A DNA stretch of 64,000 nt from Macrostomum lignano. Its lineage: Eukaryota. Below, piece after piece: positions 1 through 13,861 of the stretch. The stretch is taken from the NCBI GenBank assembly GCA_002269645.1, contig NIVC01001150.1:62001-126000 (forward strand). The letters run 5' to 3'. Position numbers and translations under genes: made by a program. Positions within the stretch are counted from its first letter, which is position 1. Each line of letters starts with the position of its first letter. The notes below the pieces were generated by a model. That model was not told where the DNA came from and made no database searches. It worked only from the letters and a program-made list of their open reading frames with translations.

Positions 1-2148
1 CAACAACCAAATCTGCGGCAGCGATTGTGAAGGAAGAATGGAACCACTTCCGGACTTCTTCATCCGTTCGTGGTCTGAAGAGAACAATGACGTCACCAAC
101 ATGGAGTTTGAAAATTTTCTGGATCCTGTTTCTGCTTGCATTTTTTGCAGTTACGATCGCCCAAATGTACAATGTGCTGTCAGTGTATTTGAAGCAAAAA
201 GACGCCACGATCATGCAGATTCGAAAAGAAGAGAACTCGCCGCAGAAATTTCCTGCCATTTCCTTCTGCAGGCAGCAGCCGTTCGTCAAGGGCAGCATCG
301 TGATGGAGAAACTCAGACAGCACAATGCTACCTTTCTCTCCCAAGAGGAGTACAGTCTGTTCCTCAATAAGGAAACTCAGGACTTGCTGTCATTGAACCT
401 GAGTGATGTACAGCTGAGCGACACATCGCAGAGCATTTTGATTTTCTACGATACACTACAAGAGTTCTATGCTCAAATTCCAACTGCAGCAGTGCCAGAA
501 GTCGCCATGCAATTCGATCATTTGGTCCTGTATCTCAAGATCACTGATCAAGACGGAAAAACCGCCGTACATCACGTTTCATTTCAAGTTTTAACGGAGT
601 TCACAAATCGGACAATACTGAAGGGGTTTACAAGTCGATTTTTACGGAAATCGGCCTTTTATCATCCAAAATATTTGCTGTGTCATACCCTCCGATTGGA
701 AGTAAGTGACCGCAGGGTAGATTCTCAAATGCACTATCCATAAAAAATCGAATTCAATTTAACACAGCATGAGTGAATAACATTTGTCAATTTATGTGTC
801 CAATGTTTATCTTCAATATTCCTAAAATTGAATTCCAGCTGTCTGAAGTAGACCTGAAGCGCATTGCCTCAGTAGACATGCTACTCTGGAATCCTAAAAA
901 AAATTCAGCACTGAGTCACAGAAATCTGCCTCTCGTGCAGCCGCATTTCAAGGTTTCGTGAATGGCGACTCAATTCTGGTGGCTCTGCACCCACCTGAAG
1001 TGCATGGATATTCTGGCATACAAATTTCTGCCACACATCTGCAGCACGGCAGGATGAATATGTTGCAATTCGATACCATTGTGTCAGACTACGTGAATTG
1101 TGCCGATCGCAAACTGCGGCATGGCAGTTTTGGTGAATTCAGCTACACAAGTGGCCACTGCAAGTTAGTGTTTTGTTCAAGTAATTATATCAGATAGCAA
1201 ATTATTTTGGTGTAAGTTGTGTTTATTGAAATGCTGTGGATGTGAAGTTGCTTTTATTCATAAGCATCCAGCAATATCTGTACAAGATAGTATGTGAACT
1301 TTTATAGCATTTGGCAAAAAACAAAATAGTCTCGCATTTACATGATAGATGTAGTGATCACTGACGTCATGTGTTTAAGTCAATTGGTATACTGCAAATG
1401 CAAAAGCGACAAGTCGATCCGCAGTCAGCAATGAGACAGCAGGTTATAATTATGCCCTTTTCATCCCCTGAGTACCACAAGACTATAGTTATCTGATACA
1501 TATTGTAACTGGTGACAACTTTAAAATTGCAGCTTTCTTGAACTTGATGCCCAGCTCAGGCGAGAGTGCAACTGCACTTATGACCCGATGGCTTTCCCGA
1601 TGCCCAGATGCGGCCAGTTGCACAAAGGACAGTCACTGATGAGCAGCATCTTTGATTTATTCAGTTGCGTTAATAAAATCAGCACAGAAAATTCCGTCTG
1701 CAGTTTGCCGCCTTGCTCGCAAACTGAGTACGCCGTGTCGCCTCTGTTTTACGACTGGGGCATCAATGACTTCCAGTGGAAATGGTTCTGGGAATTCGCG
1801 ACGAACTGGGAGAAAGGTTTGGTCGAGTACTGGCAGTACAGAGGCCTCAACGCCTCGCAGAGAACTCAAGCACTTCGGCAGCCTCTCGTTAACTTCTCGG
1901 AAGTCAGCCGTCATTTGTCATCGGTGAGAATCGTGCGCAGATCGCTTCAGACTACTTTCGAGACTGAGGTAGCGCTGACCAGCGCAGCGAATCTGCTGAG
2001 CAGCCTCGGAGGCGCGCTGTCAATGTACATGGGCGTCACGGTGACTTTGGTGGCGGAGTTCGCGGAGTTCTTAGTTCTGGTGTTCAGGGCTCTGAGGAGC
2101 AGACGCAGAGCCGTCATTGAGGTTCAGGAAGCTGCTAATAAACATTGA
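1..2148 (+). CDS. DEG/ENaC (amiloride-sensitive sodium channel/ASIC family) subunit, 5'-truncated by the window, with an apparent frameshift in exon 2
   Basis: Frame is open from the window start (TTKSAAAIVKEEW...). Pre-M1 TSSSVRGL, TM1 KIFWILFLLAFFAVTIAQMY, post-M1 FPAISFC, thumb Cys pattern HCN-FLELDAQLRRECNCTYDPMAFPMPRC, TM2 LLSSLGGALSMYMGVTVTLVAEFAEF. Inferred exons <1..701, 839..1163, 1533..2148 (GTAAGT donor 702, TTCCAG acceptor 838; donor 1164, TGCAG acceptor 1532). Exon 2 needs a +1 shift at the A8 run 896-903. Confidence 0.85.
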
Positions 2149-2220
2149 TTTTATAATAGCACTGTAAACAGTTCAACACTGCAGTGCATGCGTTCTGTTA
2201 AATACACTGGACAACAGGAG

Positions 2221-2654
2221 CAGGGGTTGGCGCAATTAGAACAATTCGATGACTCTTTAAGGCTGCTTTAAGTGCTAAGTAACAAAAGCCTAGTTGCGCC
2301 ATAAAATGGCCTAAGTGCAGAAAAGACAAGTCAGTTTAGTGCAGTCAGACATGCACGTAAAAGTTATCGGGGGACATGCCAATGCTTTGTCCCCCCCCCC
2401 CCACCTTGTGACCCGTTGTGGTAATCAATAATTTTTCTTCAGGGCGTCAAAATATAGCGCCTTCGGCCTGCGGCGCTAAAAGGAATGCCTACGGCGCCAA
2501 AATGAGTGCCTGTGGCTCTAAAATGAGTACCAGCTGCGGCGCCAAAAGGAACACGATTCTCAAAAAATGGGAAAGTAGAAATTTAGTCAAGTATAATGTG
2601 CATGTTGAATTCTTGGCTTTGTCCCCCCACCATAAATTCATGGCGACGCCCCTG
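2221..2654. mobile_element. Possible non-autonomous DNA element (short CAGGGG...CCCCTG termini, GC-rich island in AT-rich DNA)
   Basis: CAGGGG at 2221 and CCCCTG at 2649-2654, internal repeated TTTGTCCCCCC. No target-site duplication seen. Confidence 0.3.
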
Positions 2655-3635
2655 AGTGCAGAAGTTTCCTACCTAATCTGCTGCTCACTGTTTACTTTCC
2701 GAATACGTGTATTTCACACTTTGTTCTTTCTATCATCCCGTTTTACTTAAACTCTTTTATGAAGATTTTTAGAACTCGCTCACCGTGAGCTTTTAGAATT
2801 AATACGTGATAAGTCTTTCGAAATCAGACACTGCAAATTCACTCGCAGACTTCTTATCTGACGCAAAATACACGTTCTTGTTTGCGGCACACGAACTGGC
2901 AAATTGTTCTTTTGCAGACTTCTTTATATCCATTAAGGGAATTCCAAAAACTTGAAGTTCGAGTTTCGCAAATCTACTATGAGTGGGACTGGGAAGCTTA
3001 GGGTTCCCGGATTGCAACAGCAAAAATCATTAAACCTATTGGTGCTTAAGAGATTAAAAGCAGAGTCCAGGCTATTGCAGACAAATGACTCAGTGCCACA
3101 AGAGGCAAATCTTAACTCCAGTTTATTACGGGCAATAATGGCGATTGAGTCTATATTATTGCTTTTGCAAGAATGTTGGTCACTGGTCATAGAAATTTGC
3201 ACAAGCACGCCAGAAGATGCGAATAACACTGACTGCATTAATCAATAGCCCTGCTTCAGCGCGGAGAAGTGCACAAAATAAATATTAAGAACTTGATGCA
3301 CTAAAACTGCCTGAATCTGCTGTCCACGAGCGACCAATGCAGCAACAATGATTTCAGGTCAGGAACTCCTACAATAGTGACCATTTGTCAAACTGACGCA
3401 ATCCAAAGCATTCAAATATAATGATAAGCTATAGAAAATAACATCAGATAATTTCACTAAATATTCCTGCGTATTTTACATGCAAAGATGATCCTAGGTG
3501 CCTAGTGAGGAGAGTTACAGTCGAAATTCGCGGTCAGCGGGCCGCAGTTAAACGCCTACGGTCTTATAAGAGAAAAACGAAAACAGAAATCGAGAGCAGA
3601 GAAAACAAAGAAGTTTAAAAGGTCAGAGTCAGAGC

Positions 3636-6053
<2,418 letters not shown>

Positions 6054-7040
6054 GATGAATTTTTCAGTACTTAAATGTGATTTGACAGAACTTTAGAATC
6101 ACAGCAATATCTTGAGACGGTTGTTGAGGCGAATGATTAAAAGTCTGTGGTATATATGCAAAAATTGAACCGAGATTCTGACAGCAAGAACAAAGTAGAT
6201 CTATACCAATAAAAACTTTTTACATTTAATTTTTTTAATTAGAAAACTTTTTAAATTATTATAACTTATTTTAATGTTCATTCTGAGTCTACTGTAAATC
6301 TTGAATAAACGTTTTTGTTAAAATCTACGGCAGAAAAAAAATTGGTATTTTAAATTTATGAAGCGTTTTTCCACCGAGTCAGGCTCTTTCTATAACTATG
6401 ACGGCAAAAAATTCATTGTTCTTTTTTAAACAAGTAATACTAGCTCAAGGAAAGCATTATAGTCTAGATCCAACCAGCTAATTCATAACCCCAAATCCAA
6501 TGAAATGCTGCCTTAATTTTACTTTATTATTTTAATTGAATTATATAGTTCATATATATGTATTGGATTAGTCCATACTCTATACACAGTCTATAATATA
6601 CAATGTTATTATTATTATATTTTTAAACAGTGGCAGCACAGCACCTCCAATTAGGGGGCGGGGGGCAGGGGTTGGGTGGTCAACCCCCCTGCCCCCTACC
6701 CCTACAAGAAAAAAAATTTTCTTGTGGCCTTGCGCATACTTTCAGATTTTTTTGTTAAAGGGGTGGTCACCCAGGAGCTACAGCCGCTCTCCCTGCCCCT
6801 TTGTAACATGTCTAACTTAGCTTGTCTATCTTTATCAAGGTGTCATTAATTAGTAATGACTATTATGATAAGGCTTGAGTAGCCTTTGTAAAGTTTATAA
6901 TTAAATTTGACCAAGCTATATTATAGATGACAAGGCTACTTATTAATTAATATTATTAATATCAATTTTCTTGCATAGAAGTTTTTGTTTCAAACATAAC
7001 CAATGTAGTATATAAGTATAACATTTTTATATTCATTATT

Positions 7041-7825
7041 GGCTCATTCCATATAAGATGGACATATTTGGAAAATAGAAAAAAGTCAATATTTTTGCTT
7101 GCCATTGCCTAATTAGCCTATTTTTTACCAAATGTTTATATTGTGCAATATATACAATCTAAGAATAAAGGAATGGTAAAATGTTGGATTAGTATGTTAT
7201 CAATTGGCAAAAAGTCATTTTTGTAAAAATTTGGACATTTTTCGAAGCAAAAGACATCATTAAGATTTTGTACCTTTTAAAAACAAATAGAAAGCTTTTG
7301 AAGGTTGAAACAAACTATAGATAAAAGTATAGTACTTGCATCATCAGATAAAAGCATTGGTGACCAAATAATCTATTATATTTTTAATGTATTAGTACCT
7401 CAAAGTTACTGAATTGACAGAAAAAAATATGTTACGACAATAATGTTACGACCATAAGGCTGCCTTTTCTTTTGTATCTTTGTTGCCTTTTGAGTTTATA
7501 TATTCTAATAAAAGAGTATGATTTCTAAAGATGTTCTTAGTCAAATTTTAAAAATGTATTGCAAAATATCAAAAATGAAAAATGTTATAAGACTTTTACC
7601 TTTTAGTTTCTATATGTCAAAAATCCTGTCGTTACGACCATAAGTGTCATTTAAGGTTTAATAGCATCTACACTAATGATGATATCTATATGAAACTCTA
7701 TAAATATATTCTAGACAAAATAATCTTTCATTTAAAATATTGGTTTAGTATATTCTATTATTAGATTTCATTTTATAAATAAAAATAACCTGTCATGTTA
7801 CGACCATGCTTATATGGAATGAGCC
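7041..7825. mobile_element. Non-autonomous DNA transposon (MITE-like) with perfect 17-bp terminal inverted repeats
   Basis: GGCTCATTCCATATAAG (7041-7057) is the exact reverse complement of CTTATATGGAATGAGCC (7809-7825). Flanks TATTCATTATT / TATTCATTTTT match 10 of 11. AT-rich non-coding interior with recurring GTTACGAC(C/A)A. Confidence 0.75.
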
Positions 7826-8708
7826 TATTCATTTTTGATGAAAACCATTATTAATATTTCTATTTTAGTATTTATTTAAAATAATAATCCAACATAGCAT
7901 ATATTTAAACTAAAGACTAAATGATTATTTATTAGCTTTAAAAATTATTTAACATTTAGTTCCCAAATAGAGACTATTTTAGTATTATGAATATATATAT
8001 AATAAACTAAAAATAGCATTAAAATTAATGATATAAAAACATTTTCTTTTTAAAATGTACATGGCATACAGCATTAGGCTAGAGTTCTTAGAAAGCCAAT
8101 AAAAAATTAGGGCAGGATAGGGTAGTGTGAAAAGGCAGGGTTAGAAGATTTAAGCTGGGATAAAAGTCAATAAATGAGCCTTGACTTAAAAAATAAATTA
8201 AAATGCTTCTATTTAACTTACTACTAAACTAAAAGTAGAATATGCACAAATGTGCTAAGTGGCTCATCTAGTTATTCTAGTATCTATGGTTTTAATTAGG
8301 CAATATACTCGTAATCATAGGCAGTAGGATCTTGTGGCACTGGGGGTATGTGCCTAGTGCCCCCCTTGAAAATGAGTCCACATGGTAATTTTTAGTGCTT
8401 TTTCTGATTTTAGGCCTTAATTAACAGCTTATAAAGGTACCTGTGCCCCCCTTGCCCTGTGCCCAGTGTCCCCCCTAAAATATTAGGCTCTGCTACCCCT
8501 GCTCTTAATGGCTATATGCAACTTTTTTCGTTTAGCTCTCAGTTAACAAGCCCTTTAATTTTTAGATATAGCAAAGGCATCTAATCCCTTTGCTTTTGTT
8601 GAAAATATCCTATTTGCTATACATGAGTAACATATGCTGGAAACATTGATTTGTCTGACTTATTCTAATGGCTTTATCACTTTCTGAAAAGTTTTATACC
8701 TATACATA

Positions 8709-8940
8709 GGGGTTTATAGCCTAGTGGTTCGAGCATTGGACTCTTGACTGAAAGTTTGGGGGTTAGATTCTCAACCTTCTCAAAACAGTTTGTGTCCTTG
8801 AGCAAGGCACTTAATTCTGCATTGCATATGCATAGTTCACCCACCTGTAAAATGGGTACCAGCATTAGCTGGGATGATTGAGGGTGTGTGTGATGACCCC
8901 CAGTCCTTGGAATGAAAAGCTGTATGCAGCCTTTACTCGT
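8709..8940 (+). mobile_element. tRNA-derived SINE with CORE-like central domain
   Basis: A-box-like GCCTAGTGG (~8719), degenerate B-box GGTTAGATTC (~8761), then GTGTCCTTGAGCAAGGCACTTAA...CACCCACCTGTAAAATGGGTACC, resembling the MIR/CORE consensus GTGACCTTGGGCAAGTCACTTAA...CTGTAAAATGGG. Confidence 0.65.
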
Positions 8941-9175
8941 AGATGCGCCGCTCAATAGCTGTGGCTGAGCTGTCAGCTGCACATGTGCGCAATAGTGCAA
9001 TAGTAATTAGTTATTATTATTACGAGCGTATTATCATGTACCTATGCTAAAAGTGAATATAAGAAAAAGGCAGGGGTAGCCTAGCAAAAGGAATGCTGAC
9101 CAAATGATTTGATCAAACGCAACCCACCGATAGCGCATTGGTTTCAGACTGTCAGCCCTACTGGCAATAAACGCC

Positions 9176-9535
9176 ATGAAGTTTTCAACCCGGGAGATGG
9201 TTTTTTCTGCTATCCGCAGTCACACTGGCAAGTCAGGCGCATCTCTGATGGCCATTAAAAAGTACATCATCGAGCACTTTATGCTGGCCATAGACAGGAG
9301 GCTGGCGGGCCGCATCCGCTCGATTTTGAGGAACTCGGTCATTAATGGCACGTTGGTGAGGGTTGGTGGCCGGGGCCGCGGCGCTTGCGGCTCCTTCAGG
9401 CTGTCCAGAGGTAGTGCGGGCCCAGCTGGACCGGCCGCCAGGTCGAGCAGGCCGGCCTCGACCGCCCGCAAGTTCGGACCCATTCCGGAACCAAAGTCAA
9501 GCATTTCTTCTGAAGGGTTGGTCATTTTACATTAG
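9176..9535 (+). CDS. Linker histone H1/H5-like protein (globular H15 domain, short tails), 119 aa, apparently intronless
   Basis: EMVFSAIRSHTGKSGASLMAIKKYIIEHF...IRSILRNSVINGTLVRVGGRGRGACGSFRL matches the winged-helix H15 pattern (EMI..AI....r.GSS..AIKKYI......L...V..G.L....G.GA.GSF.L). Confidence 0.8.
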   Translation: MKFSTREMVFSAIRSHTGKSGASLMAIKKYIIEHFMLAIDRRLAGRIRSILRNSVINGTLVRVGGRGRGACGSFRLSRGSAGPAGPAARSSRPASTARKFGPIPEPKSSISSEGLVILH

Positions 9536-9786
9536 TTTTGGAGCCATTTTTGTTTCCTGATATCGCCTTCTGAATTTCAACAAATCATGGTTTATTTACT
9601 CAGTGTAATTTTTCCTGGGTCTTTGCTCCGTGATCTAACCGAATATTAATAATCTTAAACCGGAATCAGAGCCCATCGAGCAAGACTTCAGGTTCTTAAA
9701 TTACTGTCCGTCTTGGAATCGCATTATTGAATCGATTGATTCACTCATTTCGTGCTAACTTCTATATCGAAGCAGCACCATCCAAG

Positions 9787-10100
9787 CATCACCCTGTCAC
9801 CATCACCGTATCACCATCACCGTATCACCATCACCCTGTCACCATCACCCTATCACCATCACCCTGTCACCATCACCCTATCACCATCACCCTGTCACCA
9901 TCACCCTGTCACCATCACCCTATCACCATCACCCTGTCACCATCACCCTGTCACCATCACCCTGTCACCATCACCCTGTCACCATCACCCTATCATCATC
10001 ACCCTGTCACCATCACCCTATCACCATCACCCTGTCACCATCACCCTATCACCATCACCCTGTCACCATCACCCTGTCATCATCACCCTGTCACCATCAC
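9787..10100. repeat. 14-bp minisatellite CATCACCCTGTCAC directly upstream of the F-box gene
   Basis: About 22 tandem units with T/A variants. Explains the His/Pro/Ser repeat ORFs at 9727 and 9752. Confidence 0.95.
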
Positions 10101-10159
10101 AGTCGTTAAACTCCCTGCTGTCAGTATATCATACCAGGTGTACATATAAATCATAACCC

Positions 10160-12333
10160 ATGGTTCGCAGAGGCGGTCGAGACCCCTCTGAACAGCTGCC
10201 GCAGGCGCTGATGATCCGCATTCTGTCCGAGCTGGACCAGCCCAGTCGCATGCAGTGCGCCCTTGTGAGCCGCGCCTGGCACGAGCTGGTCATGCAGCCG
10301 CTGGTGTGGCGCCGACTGCACCTCTACTACGACTGTCTCGGTAAGCCCGGCGTGGCATCACGGCTGTCTCGCTGGCTGTCTCCGACTTTGGTTCAGGTGG
10401 TGTCAGATGGCTCCATCGATCTGAACATTGTTCTGGCCGACTGTCCCAGGCTGCAGCTGCTGACGCTGCGCTCTGAGCACTGCGAATACTACGCTGAGGG
10501 CAACCCGCTGATTGCAGCCGTCAAAGGCTGTCCGCGTCTACGCTGCCTCCGCGTGCTCGACTGCGACAGCTTGCTGACACCGGACACGCTGTCCGGCCTG
10601 CTGACCGGTTGCCCGCGCCTTGACCACCTAGAGCTCGACGATGAGCGCAAGCTGTTCCTGAGCTCGACGGTGTTCTCCGACGCAGCTGCCTGCGCGCAGC
10701 CGTTCTGCAAGCTGCTGGCCCGTCTGACTTCGCTGAGACTCCCGAATTTCTTAGAAAGCTCGCGGCCCGTGGCTGCCGCCGTGTCGGAGAACTGGCCTAA
10801 CTGCACCAACCTGGTGTGTCTGGACGTGGCCTCCGCTACGGAATCCGGTGAGTCTTGCTGCGATTGCGCCTACATTGGGCTTTTTGCACTGCTAGCACAG
10901 GCAGGCAGCGAGCTTCAACTTCGGATTCTCATATTCGCCCGCAGACCTGCTGGCTGCAATCAGCGGCCTGCCGAGCCTACAGGAGCTGTCTGAGAGGCTG
11001 CTTGCCATTACTGATCAGCTGGCTGCCAGCGGAATTCCAGCTGCTGTTCGCCGTAGCAGCTGCCGCCTACGCAGCCTGCAGCTGGAGCAGTGCAGCCCCC
11101 TATCAGCCAGGGGCCTCCGAGCTCTGCTCACCGCCTGGCCGGGACTGCTGAGCCTCCGACTGAGAAACTGCCAGCAACTGGGCGCCGAGGGCTACTTGCT
11201 GGCTAGCGGGGTGGCCACCCTGACTGAACTGGAGCTAACTGGCCCCGCCTGGCCGGGTCTCAGGGACGCCGACTTGGCCAGCCAGCCCCTGCCGTCAGGT
11301 CTGAAGAAGCTGCTGTTGAGCTCCAACGGCTGGCCGTTCGGTGTCACCGGCCTGGGACTGCGGGCTGGCTTGGTCACCTGCCGGGGTGAGCAGCGGGCTG
11401 GAGTGGCTGCGCAGCCTACAGAACAGCAGGCTGTAGGGTTAGGGGAGATACAGAATAACAGCAGGCTGTAGGGGTAGGGGAGCTACAGAAGAACTGCAGG
11501 CTGTAGGGGTAGGGGAGCTACAGAAGAACTGCAGGCTGTAGGGGTAGGGGAGCTAGAGAAGAACTGCAGGCTGTAGGGGTAGGGGAGCTACAGAAGAACT
11601 GCAGGCTGTAGGGGTAGGGGAGCTACAGAATAACAGCAGGCTGTAGGGGTAGGGGAGCTACAGAAGAACAGCAGGCTGTAGGGGTAGGGGAGCTACAGTA
11701 GAAGAGCAGACTGTAGGGGTGAGGTAGCTGAATACATCAAGCTTCAAACTGTTATTAATGACCTTAAAGACAGCGGACTGACGAACGCGTTGAGTAAAAT
11801 GGCTGAATAACTTTCTGTTTGCGGAGCTCCAATGCACAGATCAGTAATAAAACTTATTCCACTTTGATGCCCCAGGCCTGACCCACCTGACCGTCGATCT
11901 GCCCTGCCATGACGAGCTGCTGCCGGCTCTGCTCACCCAGCTGCCCCGCCTGCGCTGCCTTCGCCTGGCCGACTGCAGCGGTTTGACCTCCCGGGCCTGG
12001 CAGGGCCTGTCAAATCTGCGGATCCCGGCGGACTCGTGGCCGGATCTGCACGAGCTGCATCTGCGCCAGTGCCGCAGCCTCACTGATGAGGCTCTGGTCA
12101 ACTTGTGCGACACTCCGGCTGTCAGGGGCCTGCGCCACCTCGAGCTGCACTCCAGCCGCCTGCTGGGCCCGGTGGCACTGCCCATGATCGCTGAGGCCTG
12201 TCCCTGGCTGGCTGTGCTGGAGCTGAAGAACTGCCGGATGCACGCGGCCTGGCTCGCAGTCATGTTCACCCGCGACCCGGAAATGTTCGGCTTCCACCGG
12301 ACCCAGATCCGCCTGTCTGCCGGGGACTACTAA
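10160..12333 (+). CDS. F-box/leucine-rich-repeat protein (FBXL-like), 3 exons, about 540 aa
   Basis: N-terminal F-box LPQALMIRILSELDQPSRMQCALVSRAWHELV followed by cysteine-containing-type LRRs (CPRLQLLTL, CPRLRCLRV, CPRLDHLEL, LPRLRCLRL, WPDLHELHL). Exons 10160..10847, 10909..11385, 11876..12333 (1623 nt, all phase 1). The exon 2 acceptor is chosen by frame. Confidence 0.85.
11421..11722. repeat. 35-bp G-tract minisatellite in F-box intron 2
   Basis: GCAGGCTGTAGGGGTAGGGGAGCTACAGAAGAACT, about 8 copies. Confidence 0.95.
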
Positions 12334-12395
12334 TAATATTGACTTCAGTTATTATTAACCTAAATACCTGCCGAAATGGAAGTTGAAAATCAGCA

Positions 12396-12824
12396 GCTGA
12401 GTTCAGTGAGTATCGGCTCTGCTGAGTTCAGTGAGTATCGGCTCTGCTGAGTTCAGTGAGTATCGGCTCTGCTGAGTTCAGTGAGTATCGGCTCTGCTGA
12501 GTTCAGTGAGTATCGGCTCTGCTGAGTTCAGTGAGTATCGGCTCTGCTGAGTTCAGTGAGTATCGGCTCTGCTGAGTTCAGTGAGTATCGGCTCTGCTGA
12601 GTTCAGTGAGTATCGGCTCTGCTGAGTTCAGTGAGTATCGGCTCTGCTGAGTTCAGTGAGTATCGGCTCTGCTGAGTTCAGTGAGTATCGGCTCTGCTGA
12701 GTTCAGTGAGTATCGGCTCTGCTGAGTTCAGTGAGTATCGGCTCTGCTGAGTTCAGTGAGTATCGGCTCTGCTGAGTTCAGTGAGTATCGGCTCTGCTGA
12801 GTTCAGTGCGTATCGGCTCTGCTG
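12396..12824. repeat. 25-bp minisatellite
   Basis: GCTGAGTTCAGTGAGTATCGGCTCT, about 17 near-identical copies starting ~60 bp after the F-box stop. Confidence 0.97.
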
Positions 12825-13861
12825 TCCATTTTGATGCTGGTTAAAATTTCGCATTTTACCCACTGTAATTTTACTCAAACATATTTTCTGCTGCCTGTGC
12901 CTGTTAAATCTGCGCCTGTCTGTTTGGCAGCGCAGACTCAAGTTGCATTTGCCTGGCGCTGTAGCTACTTGTAGTTGCCAATTATTTACACTTTTCACCT
13001 TTTTCACTATTTAGTATTTTCCCGCTGTTTTTTCTTCCAATTTTGTCTCTGCAGTGAGAGAATCGCCGCTACATAGAAAGTCGATGCAGGGTGTGCTTTG
13101 TTTGAAGCAGATCAATTTGCTTCGTTGCTACGAGCTCGTAAGGAAAATAAAAGAATTCTCCCAAATTGCGGTCGTTTTGCGATATTGATGTGCAGCCCGT
13201 ATTTTTACGCTGCCCAGGACCCGCTGTGTTGCATCATTTTGCCTTATTTAATATAGCAAAGCATTGCATTGCATTGAGAAGCTTTCCTCTTGCATTTGGT
13301 CTTCCATCTGGCGACAATATTACCTTTGCTTAAATTTAAACTGATGATCAGCATGCCACGAAGGGGGGCAAGGGAGGGTAGGGGAGACTCGCAAAAGTAC
13401 ATGACTCCCGTTACAGTGTAGCTTTCGGACCCAGTGAAGTACAGTGGCACTCGCCTTTAAAGTTGCGGTCCGTCCCACCAAGCTCTCCCTTTTTCTGCTG
13501 CTTGAGGAATTGTACTCGGGCTCGTGTTTAGTCCTTTTGGAACTTCAAGCCATCATCTGGAAACTCGCTTATTTGCACTCAGTAGATAGCAAGCTTAAAG
13601 GAGCAGCCTGCTAATCACGAATTCTCGGAAATATAGCTGTGCACCCGATTTTCTAAACAAGGATTGCTTTTAAAGCTTGGTTTTCTCAGGCTAACAAAAT
13701 TCTATATGCGAGGGTACTGTGAGAAACCTAGAAGCGTGCCTTGTTTACGGTTTAACAGTAGGAATACAAGCCATTTGCGCCAATCAGCCAACAGTCTGCC
13801 ACGTCGTCTGCATCAGCTCTGATGAAGCTTCTGGATCTGTGAAAAGTGGCTGCTTCTCTCA

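Noticed and set aside
2799-3248. Short ORFs between ENaC and Sec61a
   Set aside because: No recognisable motifs; overlapping ORFs on both strands in AT-rich 3'-flanking DNA.
6630-8500. GC-rich islands (6630-6790, 8316-8500) as MITEs
   Set aside because: They look like common non-autonomous elements, but no convincing TIR pair or TSD could be read.
9530-9560. Histone 3' stem-loop after the H1-like ORF
   Set aside because: Only GAGCC is present; the 5' stem arm and TTTT loop consensus are missing.
9727-10156. His/Pro-rich ORFs
   Set aside because: Translations of the 14-bp minisatellite in two frames; the unit length is not a multiple of 3.
13244-13450. Possible mariner YSPDLAP remnant
   Set aside because: The SPLPSLAPL resemblance is weak; no other transposase motifs or matching TIR pair.
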